Source: Epithemia pelagica (Eukaryota; Protista; Bacillariophyta). From it: a stretch of 64,000 nucleotides of DNA. The stretch lies in contig OX337229.1 of NCBI GenBank assembly GCA_946965045.2, positions 434,001 to 498,000 of the forward strand, in the 5' to 3' direction. Positions 1-11,300 of the stretch are shown here, in pieces. Below the pieces are notes generated by a model that saw only the letters and a program-made list of their open reading frames with translations, was not told the origin of the DNA and did no database searches. Made by a program: the position numbers and the translations under genes. Numbering within the stretch: position 1 is the first letter of the stretch; each line of letters starts with the position of its first letter.

Positions 1-224
1 TAATCGTCTCACAATCATTAATATCACCATTTTAACACTCATCTTAAGACTAACCTCTTATCAGTGGACCGACTGCCCCCACCCACGGCGGACTTCGACT
101 TGCAACTCTTCTCTGACCCGTGGAGGATTGTTGTATCGGTTGGTGATTCGATTGTCGGCTCAGCGAGCCTTTTACCTATCCTACCTATCTATCTAACCCC
201 TGTTGAATCGAGAGAAGTTTATCA
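1..224 (+). repeat. 5' LTR of element 1 (3' part only)
   Basis: Matches 7563-7786 except C/T at 82 versus 7644; ends ...TTTATCA. Confidence 0.97.
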
Positions 225-237
225 GATTAACAGTCTC
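225..237 (+). promoter_or_regulatory. Primer binding site complementary to the anticodon arm of tRNA-Asn(GUU)
   Basis: GATTAACAGTCTC follows the LTR directly; its reverse complement GAGA-CTGTTAA-TC has canonical anticodon stem-loop geometry (U33, GUU, A37, A38). Confidence 0.7.
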
Positions 238-262
238 ATCGTTTATTTCCGAGAAGCTTTCG

Positions 263-1018
263 ATGTCTCACGACGATTCCAACCTCTCTATTCGACACAT
301 CTTTCATTCCTTCCAACAAAGCGGGGAGGAACTCCATCCACCCGTGGCCCATCCGGGCGAGCCCTTGATTGAAACTCCGAAACCGACCCCGACTCAGGCC
401 AGTGCTCCGAATCCCTTCCAGACTCCGGACCAAGTGGTCCAGCCTCCTTCGATCCCGACTCAACCTTCGACTCCGCCTCGCCGTTTGAACCCTACTCGCA
501 CCCGACGTACGAGCCGTCTTCTTACTGCGCATATCCGACACTTCCGCGAGCCGACTGAGTCGACTACCGACCCCGACGTGATCCGTTCCACAACCGAACG
601 CGAGATCGATTTCCAGTCCGTACAACCCGTGACTGACCTTGAGGACATCCAACGACTTCTCGACCTCTTGAACCAGTGCTCGAGACGCCGTTTCATTGTC
701 CAAGCCCTGTTGGGCAACCCTGTGGAACCCATCCGTATTCGATTCATCTCCTTTGAACGTCCAACCAACTACTTCCACACCATCTGGATCGTCAACTCGA
801 CGACGAATCCGCTACCTACCCCGACTACTCGTCTCGACGAGTACGTCTCCTTTGTTCACGAGATCCATCTCTGCCAGGATTTCCGTGCGACTATCTACCC
901 TCTCTTCACTCAACACGTGAACCACTTGTTGGAAGACGACGACGTTGAAGAACTAGCCACTACAGTGACCGATTCCGCATCTCGTCTTCAGTACCGAGCC
1001 GAAAGTGACCAAGAATAA
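263..1018 (+). CDS. Extra ORF in element 1 leader (251 aa from first ATG), Pro/Thr-rich N-half, function unknown
   Basis: Uninterrupted ORF between PBS and gag; first ATG at 263; no recognised motif. Confidence 0.5.
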   Translation: MSHDDSNLSIRHIFHSFQQSGEELHPPVAHPGEPLIETPKPTPTQASAPNPFQTPDQVVQPPSIPTQPSTPPRRLNPTRTRRTSRLLTAHIRHFREPTESTTDPDVIRSTTEREIDFQSVQPVTDLEDIQRLLDLLNQCSRRRFIVQALLGNPVEPIRIRFISFERPTNYFHTIWIVNSTTNPLPTPTTRLDEYVSFVHEIHLCQDFRATIYPLFTQHVNHLLEDDDVEELATTVTDSASRLQYRAESDQE

Positions 1019-1352
1019 GTAACTTTACGTAGTTTCTACACCAAACCAGACACAAGACCGAGTTCCGTCCAAGACTTAAACTCAACGCACATCCGGGTAC
1101 CCTTGGTCGCACAACACGCCACACATTCCCGTCAAATCGCGAAAATTCGGCGAAAATTTGTTGAAACTCGGCGAAAATTTGTCGGAATCAACGGAAATTT
1201 CCAGGAGTCGCACATCACAACACACATCCGGGTATCACATACGTGGTACATACGTGGCACACGTGGTACATCCGGGTTCACATCACATCACACATTAAAT
1301 AAACCACATCACACCGCACATTAAATAAACATCGAACCAACCAAATAACATC

Positions 1353-4300
1353 ATGGAAGCGACACCTCCCAAGACACCGTTTACTCCTCCTGAGGACAAG
1401 TCAAGTCATATAACCGACCAAGATCTCTTCGACCTTATAACTAAAGGCATCTTTGGTTGTAATGATGAACGAGCCCAATCACTTCAAAAGTGGATGCGAC
1501 ATCATGGTTTTGAACATATCCTTCATGTCCTTGACCATGTTGCAACTGATCCCGAGGAGACACTCAAGGATCTCATGCAATACAAGGTTGGAAAGCAAGT
1601 CAACGACTTACAGACAAGTACAAGATTACAACTCAAACTAATGGCATATTGGTTACTACAACAACGGCAACTCCAACATGGAAAACTACCCCGTGCTACA
1701 TGGATGAACCTCACGAGGGACCAATATGACGATTGGAGGATCAACACCGACTTTACCAAGTCTGGTATGAACCAAGACCCAGTTTCTCCTCTGAAATCAC
1801 CTGCACACTCCGTATCATCCCGATCTCCCACTACATCCTCTACAACATCTCAATCCATGTTAGATCTCTCTGCTTTCAAGAAAGGAACCAAAAGAGATGC
1901 AACAGCATTTGAATCATTCAAAGACGAATGATACTTTGATTCGTTTTGGCGTGTATTCAAATCAACTGCGAAAGCACAAGGATTGTCGAATGTTCTTGAT
2001 TTCAATTACAAGGTACCCAAGGATGACGAATGCGCAGAGTTACTTTTCCGAGAACAACAAGTCTTTGTCTATTCTGTACTTGTACGTATTATCCAAACCG
2101 ACCAAGGAAGAGCATACGTTCGAGAACATGAACATGATGAAGATGCAAGAGCCGTCTTGAAGAAACTCCATGTTCTACACACTGAATCTGATCTAGCTAA
2201 GCGAGAAGTGTTACGCCTAACAAGCTACATTTCGAATCTTCGACTGGATGACTCTTGGCGTGGTACAACTCGTCAGTTTCTCCTACATTTCCAAGAACAG
2301 CTACGACTTCTGGATAACCTTGTCCCACTGTCGGATCGTATCCATGACCATACAAGGATGACCTTCCTTATGCAAGCTGTTGAAAAGGTACCTGATTTAA
2401 GACGAGTCAAGATCTTGGATAACGTTGTCAACACAAAATCTGGAGCCAAGTCTCTCTGTTATCAATCATATTTCCGCCTGCTTCTTGATGCTGCTTTTGA
2501 CCATGACCAAGCTACCCGAACTTCTGCGTCTAACCGTCGTCGTCATGTAAAGCAACATGAATTTCAGTTGGATGAACCTTTTGAACCAGTGGAGCCCCCT
2601 GACTACCAGATCAACAACACGAATATCCAATCCGAAAAGTCCCCAACTTCGTCGAAAATCAGCCTTCCAAGAGATGTATGGTTTAAACTCTCTGAAGAGG
2701 ATCGGCAAATCATTGTCGACTTCAATAAATCCGTCCAAGATTCCCCGACAACTCCACGCAAGGTCCAAACACATTCTCTTGACATTGATCCTGAACCGGA
2801 CCCTGATCCTGATGCCAACAACGTTGGTGATACCCATCAAGATGCACCAGAACAAGATCCATTCGATACATCCTCTGATCCGGTTACCCAGTTCGTACAC
2901 CAGGCTATTGCATCGACAGATATCAATCATCCAGCATCTGACCTCAGCAACATCTTGTCAACTTCTACGACAAAGTCAAGTCCTAAAGTCAAGTTCAAGT
3001 CTTCTGCCGATCACAAGCAAAAGGTTCATATGTCACGGTATCTATTCTCCCGCAAATCCACCTTTTCTGGTAATCAACTCATCGATCGAGGTGCCAATGG
3101 AGGCCTTGCAGGATCTGACATGCGCATCCTTGCCAAAACCGGACGTCATATTACCATCGTAGGTATTGACAATCATGAATTGACTGGCCTTCCAGTTGTT
3201 ACCTGTGCTGCCAAGTTTGATACAAGTGATGGACCCATTATTGGTATCTTCAATGAGTATGCCCACTATGGAAAGGGTTTATCTATCCATGCCCCAGCGC
3301 AATTTGAACATTTCGGCCTATCTGTCGACGAACGATCCGTCAAGGTTGATGGCAAACAACGCATTACTACCCTTGATGGACGTGCATTGCCCTTACGAAT
3401 CAAGGATGGCCTTGCATACATTCAATCTCTGGGAATCCCTTCTGATGACGATATGGATAAATATCCGCATATTGTGTTCACTTCACCCCATATCTGGGAT
3501 CCTTCTGTACTTGACCATACCCATCCAGACCCCCATCAAGACCCTGCACCGAACTGGACATCTGTGGAGACTGATGGTAGTATGGAAACGTACCCCTATG
3601 ACCAATATGGGGAGTATACCGATCGCGTTGTATGCACTTTGAATCTCCTCCTTGATCTCCCATATGATCATGGCCCCGATACACCTTCCTTCTTTTCCAT
3701 CTATGCTGATCAAGATGGCAACGACCCCACACTTCATGCGTCTGTCCACAAGCTCTACAAGGAACAATACGACTGGAAGAAATTTCGCCCTTTCTTTGGG
3801 TGGCAATCGGAAGATGTAATCGCAGATACGTTCAAGCATACAACTCGTCATGGACACATTTCCTTTGACCAGGATACCTTGAAGAAACATTTTAAGGCCC
3901 GGAATCCTATCCTTAACCTACCACGACGGCATGAACCCGTTGCCACTGACTCCATCTTCTCCGACACCCCGGCTGTTAACCATGGTGGCAAGATTGCTCA
4001 GATTTTTGTTGGTCGTGATACTTTGGTTACTGACATTTATGGTATCAAGTCTACCAAGCAATTCGTCAATACCCTCCAGGATAACATTCGTACACGTGGT
4101 GTCATGGAGACTTTGATCAGTGATGGTGGTTCGTCACTTATTTCCCACAAGGTCAAGGATATTCTTCGCACCCTTCTGATTGGTGAATACCGTTCCGAGC
4201 CCTATCATCAACACCAGAACAAAGCTGAGAACCGCTACCAGACCGTTAAGCGTATGACCAACGCTATCATGAATGCCTCTGGTTGCCCTGCTTCTGCATG

Positions 4301-7034
4301 GTTACTTTGTTTAGAATATGTGTGTGACCTCCTCAATCACACTTCCTCTCCCACCCACTCTGGCCGCACCCCTCTTGAGGCTCTTACCGGTACCCCACCC
4401 GACATTACCCATCTCCTTTTCTTTCCTTTCTGGGATGAGGTCTACTATCGTGTCGACCCTTCTGAACCTACCTCCGGTTCTTACCCTTCGTCTCCCGACG
4501 AGAAGCTTGGCCACTGGGTTGGTTTTGCCCACAATGTTGGTGATGCCTTTACTTGGAAGATCCTCACTGCCGACAACGTCATCATCTACCGTTCCGCTGT
4601 CCGTCGCGTTGCCTCCACTACCCCCAACCTTCGTGTGGATATCTCTTCAGGGGAGGAGTCGCCGCATAAACCCACTGACAAGCAAGGTGACACTGTCTTT
4701 ATTCGCAGCAGAAGTGAAGACCCATCCACACCTATGCCAACAATTGACTATGACGATTTAGTTGGACGCACATTCCTTTGTGACACTGAAGAGAATGGGG
4801 AGCGCCACCGAGCACGAGTAATCAAACGAGTTGTCGACCTGGAACAAGATGCAACCAAACAAGAAGATCGACTCAAATACATCTTTCGCAAGTCTAACTC
4901 CAATGTTGATGAGATGATTTCCTACAACCAGCTCATGGAATACATTGAAAGGGATAATCAAGCCCAAACGACAGGGGATAGTCTCTTCCGATTCAGAGAC
5001 GTTATTGCACACCAAGGACCTTTGAACTCAAGCGACCCAGACTATAAAGGGAGTAAATATAATGTCCTTGTTGATTGGGAGACTGGGGAGACGACATACG
5101 AACCTCTATCTCTTATTGCAAATGATGACCCCATCACAGTCGCCATCTATGCCAAGAAAAATGGTTTGCTGGATCTACCTGGATGGAAACATCTCAAGCG
5201 ATACGTCAAGACAAGCAAAAGACTCATTCGAGCAGCTAAACAATCCAGGATCAAACAAGTTCGTCGCTCTATCAAGTACAAGTTTGGTTTCCAAGTACCT
5301 TGCACCTATGAAGAAGCAGTGGAACTAGACAAGCAGTTTGGGAACACGAAATGGCAAGACGCAACAGAATTGGAACTCTCACAGATCCAATCGTATAACA
5401 CTTTCAAGAACCATGGAAAAGCCAAGTTCATTAATGGGAAATTGGCCAATGCACCAGAAGGATATCATAAGATAAGAGTACATCTGGTCTTTGATGTCAA
5501 GCACGACGGAAGGCACAAGGCACGACTTGTCGCAGATGGACATCTCACCAAGGAACCCGTTGAGACCATCTATTCAGGGGTTGTCTCCATTCGCAACCTT
5601 CGCATTGCCATATTTCTTGGAACCATGAACGACATGGAAATATGGGGAGCAGATATTGGGAACGCATACCTAGAAGCATTGACAGGAGAGAAGATTTTCA
5701 TCATTGCAGGACCAGAGTTCAAGGAGTTAGAAGGACATATCTTGATCATCTACAAGGCATTATATGGTCTCAAATCCTCAGGTGCTCGCTGGCATGACAA
5801 ACTGTTTGATGTTCTCATTGATATGGGATTTTCTCCAAGCAAGGCTGACCCTGATATTTGGATGAAGAAGGCTCCTGGAGAAGACTGTTATGAATATATC
5901 GCTGTATATGTTGATGACTTAGCTATCGTTGCCATGGACCCTGAAGCTGTCTGCAAGATCTTTACAGAAAAATACAACTTCAAACTCAAAGGAGTCGGAC
6001 CTATCGAGTATCATTTGGGGTGTCGTTATACCAAAGATCCAGACGGTACACTTGTGTCTGACCCACGAAGGTACATCGAGAAGATGATGGATACCTATGA
6101 ACGATTGTTCAATGAGAAACCCAAGAAAGCAAAGCCGCCAGTCATTGCTAACGATCATCCTGAACTCGATGACTCTGAGCTCTTAGATGAAGAAGGGACC
6201 CAGCATTTCCAGACTCTTATTGGACAACTGCAATGGCTAATTACCATTGGCCGTTTTGATGTCTTTCCTGCTACCATGACTCTATCAAGGTTCAGAGCTG
6301 CTCCAAGGATTGGTCATTTGAAGCGAGCTAAGCGCATCTATGGATACCTCATGTCATTTCCTGATGGGTCTATCAGATTCCGCACTGGGGAGCCAGATTT
6401 ATCAGCTTTACCTATCCAAGAATACGATTGGAGTCGTACTGTATACATGGACGCCAAGGAACGTATCCCTGAGGACTGTCCAACCCCACTTGGGCGTTTT
6501 GTGACAACTATACATTATGTCGACGCAAATCTCATGCATGATATTGTTACTGGGAAAGCAGTTACAGCCATCCTGCATTTTGTAAATGGTACACCCGTGG
6601 ACTGGTACAGTAAGCGACAAGCCACAGTGGAAACAGCCACGTATGGATCTGAATTTGTTGCCGCAAGGACTGCAGTTGATCAGATCACGGAGCTACGCCT
6701 TACACTCCGATACTTGGGAGTCCCTCTGCGAGAGAAGAGTTACATGTTTGGAGATAACCGCTCTGTCGTTATCAATAGCACCACACCACACTCAATCATC
6801 TCCAAGAGGCACCATCTCCTATCCTATCACCGAGTCCGTGAAGCTATCGCTGCAAAGTACGTCGCATTCTACTGGAAAGATGGAAAGACAAACCCAGCTG
6901 ATATCCTCAGTAAACATTGGGAATTCGCCGCAGTTTGGCCCATGCTCAGATCTTTGTTATTCTGGAGAGGAAAAATCCAGGAAAGTGATGAGGGAATTGA
7001 CAATCCTCATTCGACGAATTGTGGGGAGTGTTAG
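1353..7034 (+). pseudogene. Element 1 gag-pol polyprotein with a single in-frame TGA at 1929-1931
   Basis: ORFs 1353-1931 and 1983-7034 share one frame; protease LIDRGANGG, integrase ATDSIFSD/ISDGG/QNKAENRYQ, RT YVDDL, RNase H YVDANL/FGDN/ADILSK. Confidence 0.93.
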
Positions 7035-7786
7035 GATTCTCACCGAAAACTAGGTGGCGAAACCTACAACTCATCGAATGATGCTAGTATTTTATGGCAT
7101 CCGATGACATTTTCCTAAAAGTGAGAAAAGAATGTCGGCATGCTCGCGAAACTATAAATTTGGCCACGGCATGCTCGCAGTGCACGCGTTATCGGCGACC
7201 GCTCGGATATTAACTATGGCCCAACACGTGCGCGCCCAAAACTATCAAGTGCGCGCCTCTACTATCCGAGTACGCGCATCCACGATTCGACCTAACGGTC
7301 TATGTAATCAAAGCACGAATCACGATCACGCGAGACCATATCTCTGTTCCCACAAATCCAAGAATGCAAACAGCAACGCGCCCAGGACAAGACTTATACC
7401 ACGACAAAGCAAGAGCTGTTGCATCCCATACATGTTATCCATCACCCTATACATTCAATATACACCAATGCCGGTCTACTCCAACCAGTGAGGACCTATC
7501 ACACCAGATCCATGGCCGTATGCAAGAGCCAGGACCTCGGCACCGTCAACCACCTTAGTTAGTAATCGTCTCACAATCATTAATATCACCATTTTAACAC
7601 TCATCTTAAGACTAACCTCTTATCAGTGGACCGACTGCCCCCATCCACGGCGGACTTCGACTTGCAACTCTTCTCTGACCCGTGGAGGATTGTTGTATCG
7701 GTTGGTGATTCGATTGTCGGCTCAGCGAGCCTTTTACCTATCCTACCTATCTATCTAACCCCTGTTGAATCGAGAGAAGTTTATCA
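7029..7786 (+). repeat. 3' LTR of element 1 (758 bp)
   Basis: Starts TGTTAGG after PPT 7021-7028, ends TTTATCA; last 224 bp repeated at window start. Confidence 0.95.
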
Positions 7787-8159
7787 CATGCATAACGCGC
7801 AGGATGGGCTTTTGGCGCCACAGAACGCCGGGCCATTCGCCGTTTGTGTCTACGACACTCATGTTTTGCTAACTAACCTATGACACAACAAACAACAAAA
7901 TGAGATAACTATCGTCCATTTGAATCAAGCTGTGCGTTGCAAGATAGCAGATCAATTCCTGGAAGCCAAAGCGAGGAATCAAAATGAGGAACTCAAGATC
8001 ACTTTGTTTACTCTATAGCTTTAATCATAATATCGATACAGGAGTTTTTGCAACGCAAAAGACTTCTAGGTTGGTGTGGAGACTTGATCAATCTCCACCC
8101 CGATTACGCGGTATTCCCCTAGCTATTAGTATACCCAGTGTATGCTAGTGACTCTGACA
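7787..8159 (+). repeat. Remnant (3' 373 bp) of element 2 5' LTR
   Basis: No mismatch seen against 16443-16815; followed by PBS-like GGTTATTACGCCC (8160-8172). Confidence 0.95.
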
Positions 8160-8391
8160 GGTTATTACGCCCAAATTACAGCCTAACCCGCTACCGTTTC
8201 CTCTGTTCTAGCCCAACGACCATCATCGTCGGACTACCCCTTCTCGAGATTTTTGACAGGCCAACAAGCTGTCTACCCCAAGCGACGATTCACCAACGAC
8301 TCTAGGGAGCCACTTCTCCTTTGAGCCAATTGAAGAAGAAATCGTCTTCAACAGTTCCAGTTCTCACGGAAACGCCTCGGACACCTCCAGC

Positions 8392-11300
8392 ATGGCAAGT
8401 TCTGAAACTACACCCAAGCCCACTTTCAAGCCACCCAAGCCCACAATGGGCGATCTTGTTCAACTCGACGAGTACAAGTGGGCGGCTTGGACCGGCGGAA
8501 AGCCTCTCCCCACCTGGAAAGGACTCGACCCAACCGCCAAAACCTACCCTGCAACTCCTCACCAACGACGATTCGGCAAAGACATCACCGGATTCGAGAC
8601 TCGCTGCAGTGGATTGTCAATTCGTTACAAAAAGGGAGACAACCTCCACGAATTTATGAAGCGTCTCAACGACATCTTCGTACTCCGAGGTCTCGACACC
8701 ATCTGCTACCTCGCCGATCCAGCCAACCCAGAAGAGATGCGACACATTGTCAATGAGCACACTCGCTTTAACCTCAAGCTTGTGCAGAAGGCAGCCCCTG
8801 TGCACTGCGCCAACTTCGACCCATATGATTCAGAGAACGACACCGCTGCACGCATGTGTCTCCTCGACTCTGTCGAACTGAAGATTCGCAAGATGTTAGA
8901 AACAAAGACGAACACAACGGAAACCTTTCTCGTTACCTGGATGACTTTTATTAACCTTCTCCAATCTGACTCGGTTCAGAAATACGATGCTCTATCCGCC
9001 AAGATCGCAAGCCAAACCCCATTCATGTATCCAGGGCAGAACATCTCTGAAATGGCTGCACACATGAAGGCAGATTGTGAGGATCTGTTTGCATCAGGAT
9101 TTTACAAACAAACACTTACCTTGTCCGTTCTCCAAGCCTTTGCACTCGCAAATGGAGATCCCCTGTACAACCTTGGATTGTTGAATCTGTACCCACAAGT
9201 TCAGCAACGAATTCTCGAGATTCGATACATGACGGAACAAGACCAACAAGATACTCTTGATAAAGAAGGACTCTCTTTTGCCCACATCTGTGACAAAGCC
9301 GACGCTCTGTACATGGATGCCATGAACCTCAAGAAATGGCCAGCTTCCACCCACAACAAAGACTCCAAGACACCTCCTGCAGCCTTTGCCAACCTCTCGG
9401 AAGTACAAGCCATGGCCCTTCGTCAACACATGGGCGACACCCCCTTGTCGAAAGGAGCATGTCTAATTTGTGGCAGTTTCGACCACTGGGCGAAAGATTG
9501 TCCCCACAAAAGTTCCAAGCAAGCTTCCGGACCACGCGCACACTCGCGCGGTGGCAGTCGCGGATCTCTCAACCAGAAACCCAAGGGAAACTCCAATCGC
9601 ACCTCCAGAAGCAACAACAAGACAACCACCAAATCAAACTCGGGATCCTCCGTCAACTGGAAGTACCAAGCACCCTCCCAAGGACAGTCCGAAACGAAGA
9701 CAGTTGAAGGGAAAACTTGGTACTGGTGCGCCCACTGCGGCCGATGGACCGGCACCCACTCCACGGCACAGCACTCGGATGACTACAAGGGGCACTCCAA
9801 GTCCAACAAGAAAACATCCAACCCTGGCGGAATCGCAGCCCCTCAGGCAAACATGATCTCCCTAGATCTTGATGCTGGTGCCTGGGCAGCACGATTTCCC
9901 ATCCGAAACCTCCTCTCAGTCGAAGATTTTGACTCTGTCGCTCCTGATCAAACCCAAGACGACATCGACAGCACACCATCCATCCCTGACTCGTTCTGGG
10001 ACACGTTCTCCGCATCGGGCCCCGAAGATGATGATGATAATGTGTCGATTGTTGTTTCAGAGGGAGAAGAACGTCGAGACACCACACAAAACGAGTCTCT
10101 CCTCAACAACACCGTTGAAACCACCGACATGTTGTTGGATACGAGACCGGTTGATTGTTGCGACGACGCCAAATCCAACGATGCAAGCGATGAAAGCTCC
10201 GCAACCACAGAACCGCCTCCACTGATTCCACGCTTTCAAGACGACGAAGAAGAGGATCCAGACTTGGCCTCTCTGTTCAGGAACGTCGATTCCGACCAAA
10301 CCGACGAATCGGTCGAACTTCCACCTCTCGTTCCACGACCAATCACACCCTATGGCCTTCATCAAGCTCCGGCAACATTTCGTCCCCTCACATTCATTGA
10401 CCCCGACGACCTCTCAATCGCAGAATCATCGGACGAAGAAGAAGACAACGATCCAAACGCCCCAAACCGAGATTTGATGGCTCTTCCACCCAACATCCGA
10501 CAAGCCTTCATCCAAGCTGCAACGGATGAACTACGCCGCGTCATGAACCTGCACCGCATTGTTCATCCACCAGAAGACTCCGACGACGAAGCTACCGAGA
10601 CAGGTGACACCGCAAGCACCACCGACAACGATGCAGCCGACGGAGAAAATGACCAAGACGATGAAGACGAAGATGACGAAGAGGAAGAAGATGAAGAAAC
10701 CGACGACGACGACCCAAATGGAGACGCCGACGACGAAGCAGATGACAACGATCACGATGATGACAACAACGACGGAGCCTGCCCACCTACGATGGCAAAC
10801 GAAACAAACAACGAGAGTGAGACAGATGAAGAACAAGATCCAGCACCCGAACCACCGGACATCGACTTTACCGTAGATCTAAATAAACTGAATCTCACTG
10901 CCAAAGTGGCAACCATCAACTCACCTTGGAAAGAGTACAACAACTCAAATGTCGGCGAAACTGAACGAACCGACGACACCTGGTATGACTTCTATGAAGC
11001 AACATTCACATTCGACAAGAATGCAGATCCACAGAACACTGACATCCACACGAAAATTCCGTCAGACTGTCCAGTGAATCAAGAACAAGACCAAAAAGCA
11101 CCGCCCAACTTCCATGAACAAGACCAAGCAACACCTGATAGGAAGATGCCGGCGATTCAAGACGATGAAGTATCCCCCATTGAGTGGGAAACGCCTCCCA
11201 GTACTAACAGTGCACTCTCGCCCAACAGCCTAGATCTGTCGTTCATCACCCCAACACGACTCTTCCACGCGCCGGGCGAGCCCTCAGCCCCCAAGAAACG

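Larger units (their letters stand above)
1..7786 (+). mobile_element. Ty1/copia LTR retrotransposon (element 1, CoDi-like); 5' LTR truncated by window edge
   Basis: 1-224 matches 7563-7786 with one substitution; full 3' LTR 7029-7786 runs TG...CA after purine tract GTGGGGAG; gag-PR-IN-RT-RH order in the ORFs. Confidence 0.97.

Noticed and set aside
4200-4650. Pyrimidine-rich patch in element 1 as a foreign insertion
   Set aside because: It encodes contiguous in-frame integrase core and C-terminal residues; only codon bias differs
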